Program-made: the position numbers and the translations under genes
Notes under the pieces: generated by a model
Database searches by the model: none
What the model was told of the DNA's origin: nothing
What the model saw: the letters and a program-made list of their open reading frames with translations, nothing else
Source: Tetramitus jugosus
Lineage: Eukaryota; Protista; Heterolobosea
NCBI GenBank assembly: GCA_937625935.1
Contig: OW569386.1
Location: 310,001-374,000, forward strand
Reading direction: 5' to 3'
Length of the DNA: 64,000 bases
Shown: piece by piece, positions 21,782-31,204 of the stretch
How positions within the stretch are numbered: the stretch's first letter is position 1
Layout of the letters: every line of letters starts with the position of its first letter

Positions 21782-23246
21782 TTAATTTGTAGAGGGAGAG
21801 TTGAAGGAATGAGGTTTTTCATCCGTTCTTTCTTTTGTCTGTGAAGTTGAATCATCAATTGATCCGTTCTTCTCTTGTTTTTGTTCACCAACATCCTGAT
21901 CTCGAGATGATGTGGTAGATGCTGCCAATTTAGTTGGCTTTTCATTCGAGCTCAGTTGGGATTGATGCAACGAAATAGCAATCTCTTCTAATCGCTTCAA
22001 GTAACTCGAACTAAACTTTTCAATATAAAAGTTGCTTCCATTGTGAACACACTGTACGAACACATAAATCATGGCCGCATAGTGCAGCATAGGATAATCG
22101 TACATGAGCTTGACAGGAATAATGGTGACCATGTGATAGAAAAATTGAAGAGCCATGAAGATGAACAATTGATATCGCTCTGCATACTTGTTCAATATCT
22201 TGTACACTGGTGAACGTTCATACTGTCTCATCCATCGAAAACTTGTAATCAAATTCTGATTTCGCTTCATTCGGTCTCTGTCAATCACCTCAGTCTTCAA
22301 ATAATAACAGGTTTGCCAGAATGCAAAGAAGACAAGATGGGGAACAACCATTTCGGAAAAGGAGACTGTGCAGGAGTTGTTAATACACGTTTCGTAGTCG
22401 ATCAATCGATGAGATTCAGGGAAATGACGAATGGCAAATGTCACAATGGGTGGAAATGCATGTATGAAAACACTTGTTATCTTGTCCAAATCGTGGAACA
22501 CAAGACTGTTTCCCCATGTGACAATTGCCCACAGCAATGGACCGTTGGCATTGGCAAAATTCAACATGTACAATTGACCACTCGTCGGATACATGAACAA
22601 GTAGAATGGTAGCAACAAGTTTGAGAAATAACAGAAATCCAACATAAAGTAATGGTCTGTGTGATGATAGAACAAAAATATCAAGGAACAGTATGAATAT
22701 GAGATAGACACCAAAAATTAATCAAATGACAGGTGACAACAAGAAATACCTACAATGATTCCTATGGTAGATAAAGAACCGAGCACCGAGCAGTATCACA
22801 CACCAGAACATGTAAAACGGAGGCAACAGATACGAGTATCGTGCAGTGATTGCAGTCGTGCACACTGTTAAAATGACTCCGATTGTAAATGTATACTTGT
22901 CCTTTTGTCTGATAAACTTTGGTGTTTTAAACTCAAATTCCAACTCCTTTCTCTTCTTCATTACTCTTTCCCGACCCGTTTTCAACTCTGTAGCAATTCT
23001 CCTGTAAAGTGCCGACTCCTTCAAAGAAAATTTGTTTTCGTCATTGTTCATGGGAGAATCGAACCAATAGAATTGGTCATGATCCATAATTGTACTGGGA
23101 GTGGCCAACATGGCATCAAATGAATCTTCCTCATCTTCGTCGCCCTCTTCAAGTAAGTCATCGTCATAATAATCATCCTCATTGTAGTCGTAGTCTTGAT
23201 CATCCATATCATTCATCATCTCTTGACTATCCACGAGATCATGCAT
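21782..23246 (-). CDS. GPC1: Glycerophosphocholine acyltransferase (Gpc1/DUF2838); exons 23246-22754 and 22656-21782
   Basis: GTAGGT...CAG intron 22753-22657 joins DKYTFTIGV...FIYHRNH to YHYFMLDFCYF; GPLLWAIVTWGNSLVFHDLDKITSVFIHAFPP signature. Confidence 0.9.
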
Positions 23247-23365
23247 CTATGATTCTTTCTTGTCTTCTGGATTTTTCCTTCAGAGGGATCTCTTTCAGAG
23301 GAAATGTCAACTATTTTCAGGATTCGGTGGAAGTATATTTAAAGTCGGTTGACAAAAACCGAGAT

Positions 23366-25195
23366 TTACAGTGGTGGGTTTGCGGGTTGTTGTGGCTCTT
23401 GTAGAGCTTGCATAGGAGGCTCGCTCAGCATGCTGAGAGAGCGTTTTCTTATGGCCTTGGTCAATTCTTGATCTATGCTGCGTCTTGCTCTCATTTCACT
23501 GACTTCAATGTCCTCTCCTGCTGATGCTAGAATAGTGGTATTGCTTGTGAATACTGTGTTTCCAACATCTTCGAATGCCTCTTGTGCTTCCTTTGGAGTA
23601 GTCTTGTAGATCATCAGATTCAGCTTGAAGAAGTGAACTGACCAAGTCAGGACGTAACACGCCACAACCCATGCCACCAAAACACCAATGTTCAGCCCAA
23701 TTCGATTATACGAACCATATACAAGAAATCTGGCGCCTTGTATTGCATTGAACATGGGTAATGCATATCCTATTCGATAGAACCGTGGTGATAGAACTGT
23801 GGCTACTGCTCCTCCTGAACTCGTATAGTTGAGGAACAGGAACACTGGAATGATGAAGTTTGCATATGGACCAAACAAAGTGATAATCAGCGCAGCAGCC
23901 AAGAAAAAGGTCAGTACAATCAACCATAAAAACAAGAAGTACAATGCCCATCCTTTTTCGTAAACTGATATTGATCCAAAGCAGATAATAATTGTGACAA
24001 CAGTAAGAGCGACTAGAGCTGATCCGATAAGAGCCTGAATTGTCCTTATGATGAACATTTGCCAGCCCTTGACCTTTAGCATGAGAGAACCCCAACCACC
24101 AATTGCAGCATTCACCAATCCTGTTGCAACAATAAAGAGATACAACAAACCCAATCCACCCAACACATCTTGACCTGAAAATCTCACTGGATGCAAATTC
24201 ACTTCCTGCAAGTAGTACGGTTGAACAATTGCAGGTATGCTTGCTCGAGTAGCGATCAATGGATCCGTCGTCAATAAAGTAGTTGTAACATTGGTCGATA
24301 AGGCGGCCACGGTCGCATTCACTGTTCTCCGAATCACAGCCGCCACACTAGATGCCCTTCCTTCGTCAAAAATGTTCCGAATAGAGTTGTTGGAAGGTGC
24401 ATAGGAATTAAAGATGAGCGGATCTCCACTAAAGAGACTAGCACTCAACCGACTCGAAAAATTGTAAGGAATCTCGATGACTGCATATGTTTTTCCATCC
24501 TGTACATACTTGACAGGATTATCCAACTGAGTCATTAGTGTGTATTTCAGTGCTCGAGTACTCAACAACGTTTGAACTAATAGTTGACTGAACGAGGGAA
24601 AGGGAATTCCTGACGGGCTCGCTGTAAAAGTCCCATTGTCTCTATTGAGAATGACAACTGGGATATTCTTGTAAAACCGAGCTGGATTCCATGTTACGCC
24701 ATATAACAACACAGTCAGGGTAGCAGCAAGTCCCAGAACGACAAGGATCGTGATACAAACTACTCGGATTGCTCGAAGTACCTCTGATCGATATTCCTTT
24801 TCCCAAATATGGCCCTTTTCCAACCGTATGACACCTTGAGACTCCTCTTCTTCGCCTGCATTGTTAAGGTGATTGCTTTCGTCCGAGTCAACATTGTCTG
24901 ACAAGATGACTGCTCCAACCGCTAGATCAGTTGCATTTTTCTTGTGCTTTCGGTTGAATACGTTCTTGCGATGAAGGTAGTCAGTAATTTCGCCCCATCG
25001 ATCCTTACACTTGGCTTTCTTTGATTCTTCAGAATTGTGTGGTTGATTGTTGGTCCCAGTGGTTGTATTCGAAGTTGTCATTGGTGGAGTCAACCTTTCG
25101 TCATTCGTTGTAGTATTTGTGGTGTTTGATCCACTCGATACCATGGCCTCCAGTTGCTCAGCGGAATGCACGTTGATGTATGAACGCTCAGTCAT
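23366..25195 (-). CDS. DUF3533/SNG1/YhgE-Pip-like (ABC-2-type) multi-pass membrane protein
   Basis: TM1, lumenal loop (IPVVILNRDNG, YAVIEIPYNFS), five C-terminal TMs and SSGG...PRFYRIGYALPMFNA motif. Confidence 0.8.
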   Translation of the reverse strand: MTERSYINVHSAEQLEAMVSSGSNTTNTTTNDERLTPPMTTSNTTTGTNNQPHNSEESKKAKCKDRWGEITDYLHRKNVFNRKHKKNATDLAVGAVILSDNVDSDESNHLNNAGEEEESQGVIRLEKGHIWEKEYRSEVLRAIRVVCITILVVLGLAATLTVLLYGVTWNPARFYKNIPVVILNRDNGTFTASPSGIPFPSFSQLLVQTLLSTRALKYTLMTQLDNPVKYVQDGKTYAVIEIPYNFSSRLSASLFSGDPLIFNSYAPSNNSIRNIFDEGRASSVAAVIRRTVNATVAALSTNVTTTLLTTDPLIATRASIPAIVQPYYLQEVNLHPVRFSGQDVLGGLGLLYLFIVATGLVNAAIGGWGSLMLKVKGWQMFIIRTIQALIGSALVALTVVTIIICFGSISVYEKGWALYFLFLWLIVLTFFLAAALIITLFGPYANFIIPVFLFLNYTSSGGAVATVLSPRFYRIGYALPMFNAIQGARFLVYGSYNRIGLNIGVLVAWVVACYVLTWSVHFFKLNLMIYKTTPKEAQEAFEDVGNTVFTSNTTILASAGEDIEVSEMRARRSIDQELTKAIRKRSLSMLSEPPMQALQEPQQPANPPL

Positions 25196-25555
25196 TTCAT
25201 TTGATATGTCTCTTTGTTGCGGCAAGCTTTTAATAGTAAATAATTATTTTCCTGTTGTCGTGGGAACGATGCTCATTTATTATGTGATCGCCCAATGTTC
25301 TTGGTTGGCCAAAAAAGTTTCGCACTTTTGCTTCCCGCAAGCCTGGTATTCTCCTTCTTCCAACTTTGCAATAACAGTCCTTGTATTGCACTGAGAGAAA
25401 TAAGTTTCAAACGAATCTTCTCCTCAAATGCATGTGAGCTCACACTACTAATGTTCGATGAGATTCTTCACATTGAATTTTAGTTGCTGGTTGTGACCTT
25501 GGTCCATCCATGATGATTTGAGTCCTGCTTGTTCCGTTTCAACACAGTCCCTCAC

Positions 25556-26710
25556 TTATCGAACAGGCTTTCTGCACCAAGGACACAACTCTACAGCTTT
25601 GGAACATGAGATACAAGCATGCTCGTGATGATCACAATTCTTAAACTTTGCAAATTTCTTTGTTTTTGAACAGCAAATCTTGCAGTACTCCTCTGGATGT
25701 TCTTCAGTAACAGGTGCTGGAGAAACAACACTTAATGATGAAGAAACTTGCTCACGCAACTCCTCTTGTTTCCTTAGAGACATGATACACCGCTCCAAAT
25801 CCCTCTCCTGATTCAATCTCATCATCAAATTCTCTTCTGCAATATGTGGAAAAATCTCTCTCAGCTCCATAATTTGCCGCTTCTCCAAATATTTTGTAAG
25901 CGGTGGAATAAAAGCACGAAGTTTCCTTTCAGTTTCCTGCAGGGGTGTATCAGGGATCGCACGAGACAACAGAGCTCTTCTTCTTTCTGGCGGTAACCGA
26001 AAGAACTTTTGTTGAATGTCTTGCCATTGTTTGTTGTATGGATTCAAGAGCTCCGTGAACAACGTGTCAAACGATTTATGATTGATTGCCGCCCAACGAT
26101 TCAACTCAACCAACAATTGAATTTTTTCATAATCCTCCTCGGGTAACAAATGCTCCAAGAACAACACATTCATACCAGAATGAAAATTAGTTCTTTGATT
26201 CGTGTGAGACTGAGCTGTCAGTGGAACTCTTTGAGCCATCAACAACCGTTCGGTATGAATTCGGTGTAGCTTCGACTTTGATTCAATACCATGAAAAAAA
26301 AACTCAACTTGATTGAGCTTCTTCTTCTGTTCTGATTGTGACTCCAATGGCGATGATCGTTTTGGTGCCAGAATTCTGGTATATGGAAGTGCTTGATCTC
26401 TTCTTGCTTGTCTCTTGATCTCCTTCTTGGTCAAGCGTGCTGGTGATGACGTGGATTGTTGTTGTTCTTGTTGGTTTTTGGTAGTGGTGGTGGTGGTAGA
26501 GTTGCCACAACGGATCAACGATATAGCTGTTGTTGTTGTTGATTGCTCTTCTTCTTCTTCTTCTTTCTTGATTGTCTTTGTTGTTGTCGTTTTGAGGTCA
26601 TCTTGGTCTTTTAGGTCTTCCTCCTGTTTGGTTGCATCAGGATGATGATGGTGGTGGTGGACCATGGATTCATGATGGTTGTTGTTGACTCGTGGCAAAA
26701 ACTCGTTCAT
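25556..26710 (-). CDS. CUE-domain plus C-terminal RING (C3HC4-type) putative E3 ubiquitin ligase
   Basis: IMELREIFPHI...DLERCIMSL (CUE-like FP motif); CKICC...CDH...CISC...CPWCRKPV RING. Confidence 0.7.
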   Translation of the reverse strand: MNEFLPRVNNNHHESMVHHHHHHPDATKQEEDLKDQDDLKTTTTKTIKKEEEEEEQSTTTTAISLIRCGNSTTTTTTKNQQEQQQSTSSPARLTKKEIKRQARRDQALPYTRILAPKRSSPLESQSEQKKKLNQVEFFFHGIESKSKLHRIHTERLLMAQRVPLTAQSHTNQRTNFHSGMNVLFLEHLLPEEDYEKIQLLVELNRWAAINHKSFDTLFTELLNPYNKQWQDIQQKFFRLPPERRRALLSRAIPDTPLQETERKLRAFIPPLTKYLEKRQIMELREIFPHIAEENLMMRLNQERDLERCIMSLRKQEELREQVSSSLSVVSPAPVTEEHPEEYCKICCSKTKKFAKFKNCDHHEHACISCSKAVELCPWCRKPVR

Positions 26711-27307
26711 CGCATGAAGGTGGCTCTCGAGATGTTTGGTGGTGGTTTTTGGACGGCAACGGATTGAATTATTTGGCTTGAAAACGTCTTCGAGCAGGAA
26801 ACCAAGACGGAGTTTTTTATCTGAGCTCGGTTCTGACGTACAATTCCGCACTACCCAAGTGGAAATCTTTGTCTGAGCAAGTGCTGCAGTTCAATGGTTG
26901 CTTTTCTGTTGCAACAATATGGTTGTAAACATGATGGTCGGAAGATATGAATTTTTTGCATCGTTCTTTTACTAAGAGACAACAAACATTTCCATTACCC
27001 TCACATCTCCATCACAAACTAAAGAACAATTCAGTTCCTTAATTGACAGTCAATGAATGATTGAGGACCCTCTGAATAGTTGTAAATATGCGACATATTT
27101 TTCCGTCTTCAATTCAGAACATGATATTCTGAAGTCAATTTCCAATTTGTAGCGAACATCGAAACCTTTTTAATGCTCGCAAAGTAATTTGTCACAACTC
27201 TCTCTCTGAAAACAACAAATACATACATAGAATAATAATCAAGATATTCATCCCATTTACACACATTCCCGAGTTTGAAGTGTACCCAAGAACCAATATT
27301 AAAAGAA

Positions 27308-28853
27308 ATGAGTCAACAAGAAAGCGTAGCAGTTCAACAACAAGAACAAGACAGAGTCCTCATCTGGAAGTACAAGAAACAGTTGATGGAGTTACAAGAG
27401 GCAAGAGGCAATGGCACATCCATGATTACTCTTCTCATTGCACCAAAGACCAGCATCTCTCAGGTCACTCAACAAATGAATGAGCGATTGAGCAGCGCCA
27501 ACCGTATCAAGTCGAGTGTTTAACCGTCAGTCGGTCGAAACGGCCATGCACTCTGTTATTAATCGACTAAAGTTGATTAAGCAGACACCTGAAAATGGAT
27601 TGGCACTGTTTTGTGGACTAGTCTCCGTCAATCATTCCTCTCAGAGAGGTGGTATGAGTGACAGTATGACGTCTGCATCCACCACTTCTTCTTCCTATTC
27701 CCCTGAGAATGCAAGTGGTGGAGTTGTAGGCAGCATTGGTGGTGGTTCATCCAAGAATGAAGCCATGAAGAAGGTGTGCATCGTACTGGAACCACCAAAG
27801 GCACCATTGAAGCGAGGTCTCTACTATTGTGACAGTAGATTCCACGCGGAAGATTTGTTGGATCAGATGGATGAGTTGGAGAATTCAGAGAACTTTGGAT
27901 TTGTGGTAATGAACGGTTCCAGTGTTCTCATTGCTACCCTGAGAGGCAGCAGACATCGCGTTCTCTATGAAAAATCAATCCATTTGCCCAAGAAGCACGG
28001 AAAAGGAGGTCAGAGCAAGGAAAGATTTGCAAGATTGAGACAGGAAGCCATTGACTTGTGGATCAAGACAGTTGCTGAGAAAGCAAACGATTACTTCTTG
28101 AGCTCCAACCGTGAAAAGGTGCTTATCAATGGTATTATCATTGCGGGTAGTGCCAATTTGAAGCAACAACTATTTGGTGATGCTTCAAAATTGATGGACT
28201 ATCGATTGGCGAGTAGAATTTTGAACGTTGTGGATGTTCAGTATGGTAGTACTGCTGGATTGCTGGAAGCGATTGACAAGACAAAGAAACTCTTCCAGAA
28301 CGTTAGATTCTCCCAGGAACAAAAGCTCCTTGAATCATTCATGAACACCATTGTCCAAACACAAAACAAGGTTGCTTTTGGTGTTCAAGAAACAATGTAT
28401 GCATTGATTGATGTGGGAGCTGTTGAAAAGTTGATTCTCTATGAGCAGTTGGATGTGTTGCGTTGTGTCTTTGGCCCAACTCCATTCAACAACACTGATG
28501 CTGCGAGCAACACTGCCTTGGAAGTCAAGTATTTGACACGAGAGAAGCTATCAAACTACATGAAGCGCAACTCTGACCGCTGCCTCATTGAGCACCAGTT
28601 GTTGATCGATTGGTTGTTGGATGAAGACAGAGCTCAACAACAGTTTGGTTGCTCTGTAGAGATTGTTTCCAACGCTACTCCTGAAGGATATCAGTTTACA
28701 TTGGGATTCGGTGGAATTGGTGCCTGGTTGCGCTACGATGTAGATATCGATAATTTGATGCACAGCCATGAAACATCCTTCACAGGTGCTCATGACGACG
28801 GTGCCGATGATGGTACTGCCGATTACGATAGCGATCTCGATGGATTCTTGTAA
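27308..28853 (+). CDS. Divergent eukaryotic peptide chain release factor 1 paralog, split by a +1 frame change at GTT-TAA-C (27518-27524); about 514 aa if recoded
   Basis: Frame 0 (27308-27520): DRVLIWKYKK...ARGNGTSMITL...SSANRIKSSV. Frame +1 (27522-28853): NRQSV...PENGLALFCG...YYCDSRFH...LPKKHGKGGQSKERFARLR...IAGSA...GAVEKLILYE...TPEGYQFTLGFGGIGAWLRY. Confidence 0.93.
27518..27524 (+). other. Candidate programmed +1 ribosomal frameshift site GUU-UAA-C
   Basis: In-frame TAA at 27521-27523; skipping T27521 restores the conserved eRF1 V-N-R with no residue lost. Confidence 0.55.
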
Positions 28854-29047
28854 ATTCCTTCAACCAACTACTTCCAGCAAGAAAGTAAATAAACTCATAA
28901 CACAAGAGTAATGTTTCCTTATCCTCACCTTGTTCATTTGAACTTCTTCTTTTTGAGCTCATCCACGTTTCCGAAAATCAGACAGCCGATACTTTGTAAA
29001 TTTTTTTTGTCGGACTACCGCCAAAATCAACAATCGGAAAAAAACAA

Positions 29048-29431
29048 ATGGGCAGTAATCAATCACACGAACCAACACAGCACAACCCTAATGTTGGTCA
29101 TCGACAAGGGCCACCACCTTCAGCATCACATGCACCACCATCCAGTGAACAACAATTGCAAGATGCTTCTAACCATGTGCATTCCATTGTTCAACAATTT
29201 GAACAACTTTTGCTCATTGAAGTTTCATCGGAAAATTTTACAGCCGCCAAAATGGATTTCGAGCTGAGGAAGTTGGATGAGCTTTTGACACAAAAGTTGC
29301 TACAGTTGGATGGAATTGACTGTACGAGAGATGAGCGTCTAAGGTTGCATCGAAAGGAATGCATTTCACATATTCAACAAGTGTTGACTCGCATTGATGA
29401 AGCGAAACGGAATATTAAAAGAGGAAATTGA
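29048..29431 (+). CDS. Small BAG-domain protein (Hsp70 nucleotide-exchange factor) with N-myristoylation motif
   Basis: MGSNQS start; LDELLTQKLLQLDGID...RLHRKECISHIQQVLTRID BAG motif. Confidence 0.85.
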   Translation: MGSNQSHEPTQHNPNVGHRQGPPPSASHAPPSSEQQLQDASNHVHSIVQQFEQLLLIEVSSENFTAAKMDFELRKLDELLTQKLLQLDGIDCTRDERLRLHRKECISHIQQVLTRIDEAKRNIKRGN

Positions 29432-29993
29432 TTGCTTAAAGTTGTTGTTTGGTCCAACATCTCATTCGCCAGCAGTGACGAGCTGGCACTGTTTCTTTTT
29501 TTTCACAGCAGCGTAACATGTGAAACACGTTCTTGCCGAGTTGTTAAATTCCGCAGATTCAACGTTCAGTTTTAGAACAATAAAGGTTTGTTTTTACAGT
29601 AGATATCCACACCAAACAGAGTTAATTAGGTACATGAATCACTTGTCAAACGTCCAAAATATATCACCCAGAAAGAAGAGTACGCCATAAACGGGAATAG
29701 TAACAGGGGGACACCCCACACCAAAAATAAGCACAAGCCAACGAAAATGAGTCAGCAGACGATCACTTCGAGTTGTTTTGCCCACATCGCAGTTTGTTGC
29801 CCTTGGCAAACTTCACTGGCACTCACATTTTCTGAAGCGTGATCCAAAACAAACAAATAACTCCCATCAAGAAAAACATTGATTAAAACCAACCAATCAT
29901 CAACTCATTTTCTCATCTCTCTCTCTGCCTCTCACATTGCCACTCAACACAAAAACGACATCCACATTTCGAATACACTTTTTCAGACAAAAA

Positions 29994-31151
29994 ATGACTC
30001 AATTTGCTCACTACCATCCACGCTCGTCTACCACTTCAACAACCACCAACAATGAATGTCAGAGCTACAACAACTCTACCAACAACAACAACAATAAAAT
30101 TTCACAGCAACAACAACATGTTCTGTGGCAGTATTTGACGTATTGTGGCATATTGATTGAGATGAGAAATATGGTCGAATCGATGCATCACTCTAGTGAA
30201 CAGTACTTGTCTGATGTGGTCATGATCCAGGGTTCACCAGGCATAGTCGATGAGATGGATATGTTTGATTTTGAAGATGAAAGCAACTGTTGCTGCAATG
30301 TTAGCTTTGATGATGATGACGACGAAGTTTTGTCATCCTCCAACAATAGCACCCATTCAGCTACAACCAACCATCTTTTGGCGGGAACAGTAAAGGCGGA
30401 AGAAAAATTGTCGGGAATAGGCGGAAATTCTTATTCTCCGACGACATCCGCATCAGTGATACAAAAACAGTTGTTATCCATTTACAATTCGATTGTAAAT
30501 GTTGAGAATGACATTTTGAATGTTCTTGAGGATCTGGTCGAATTCTTGCTTCACACCTGTGCCAAAAACTGTCCAAGCACCAAGCAATTATTCCGCGGTG
30601 TCATGTCCAACCCCAAGGAACTACGGAAATCCCTCCAAAAAGCTGCTGTTACGGCGGCAGCGGGCAGTCGGAGTGATCACAAGACTAGAGCTAAAGAAAG
30701 TTGTTGTCGCACAACAGATAACAACAACAACAACAACAGGAACAACAACAGTGCCATACGAGTGGATGTCTCTTCGTTAGCAGAGCATCTCTTGGCGTAT
30801 GAATCACCAATGATGATGTTGCACAACCAACAGATGCAACAATCAGAGGAATTGTTGGACATGATTCAATCAAGGAGACAATTGGTGTGTCACAATGTGC
30901 CATCGATACTGGATCAGATTACGAGTATGACGCATGGCAGTGCGTTCATTAGAGACATGTTTCCCAGGGAGAAACGAGATCGAATTGATGCTCTGATTGA
31001 TCAGATTCATCAATTGCTTTCTCGACTTCAAAAGTATGACCAGCAGGCAACAATGTTGGTTGAGTCGTCACAGAATGAACAAGTCTCTTTGGCAGCAAAC
31101 ATTAACAACAACTTGCAAGAAGAAAATTTTTATAAAGAATTCATCTTTTAA
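29994..31151 (+). CDS. Hypothetical protein
   Basis: Long ORF with Asn tracts and helical segments; no family recognised. Confidence 0.6.
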   Translation: MTQFAHYHPRSSTTSTTTNNECQSYNNSTNNNNNKISQQQQHVLWQYLTYCGILIEMRNMVESMHHSSEQYLSDVVMIQGSPGIVDEMDMFDFEDESNCCCNVSFDDDDDEVLSSSNNSTHSATTNHLLAGTVKAEEKLSGIGGNSYSPTTSASVIQKQLLSIYNSIVNVENDILNVLEDLVEFLLHTCAKNCPSTKQLFRGVMSNPKELRKSLQKAAVTAAAGSRSDHKTRAKESCCRTTDNNNNNNRNNNSAIRVDVSSLAEHLLAYESPMMMLHNQQMQQSEELLDMIQSRRQLVCHNVPSILDQITSMTHGSAFIRDMFPREKRDRIDALIDQIHQLLSRLQKYDQQATMLVESSQNEQVSLAANINNNLQEENFYKEFIF

Positions 31152-31204
31152 GGACTGTGTGAACCATGAACGAACGATTTCTTTTACTTTTGGGTTTAAA
31201 TACT

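Noticed and set aside
27521-27523. Stop-codon reassignment or simple readthrough of TAA
   Set aside because: Homology continues in the +1 frame, not frame 0, and TAA ends most genes in the window.
27518-27530. 13-nt GT...CAG micro-intron that would restore the eRF1 frame
   Set aside because: Far shorter than the other introns here (about 70 nt or more), poor donor, and it would delete the conserved V-N-R-Q residues.
27516-28853. Treating the 445-aa GTG-start ORF and the 82-aa ORF as two separate genes
   Set aside because: They are consecutive halves of one eRF1 N-domain; GTG/TTG starts are ORF-finder artefacts in a eukaryote.
29468-29487. GCCAGC-N8-GCTGGC hairpin after the BAG TGA stop (readthrough or SECIS idea)
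   Set aside because: Only a 6-bp stem, no SECIS core geometry, and the BAG domain is complete before the stop.
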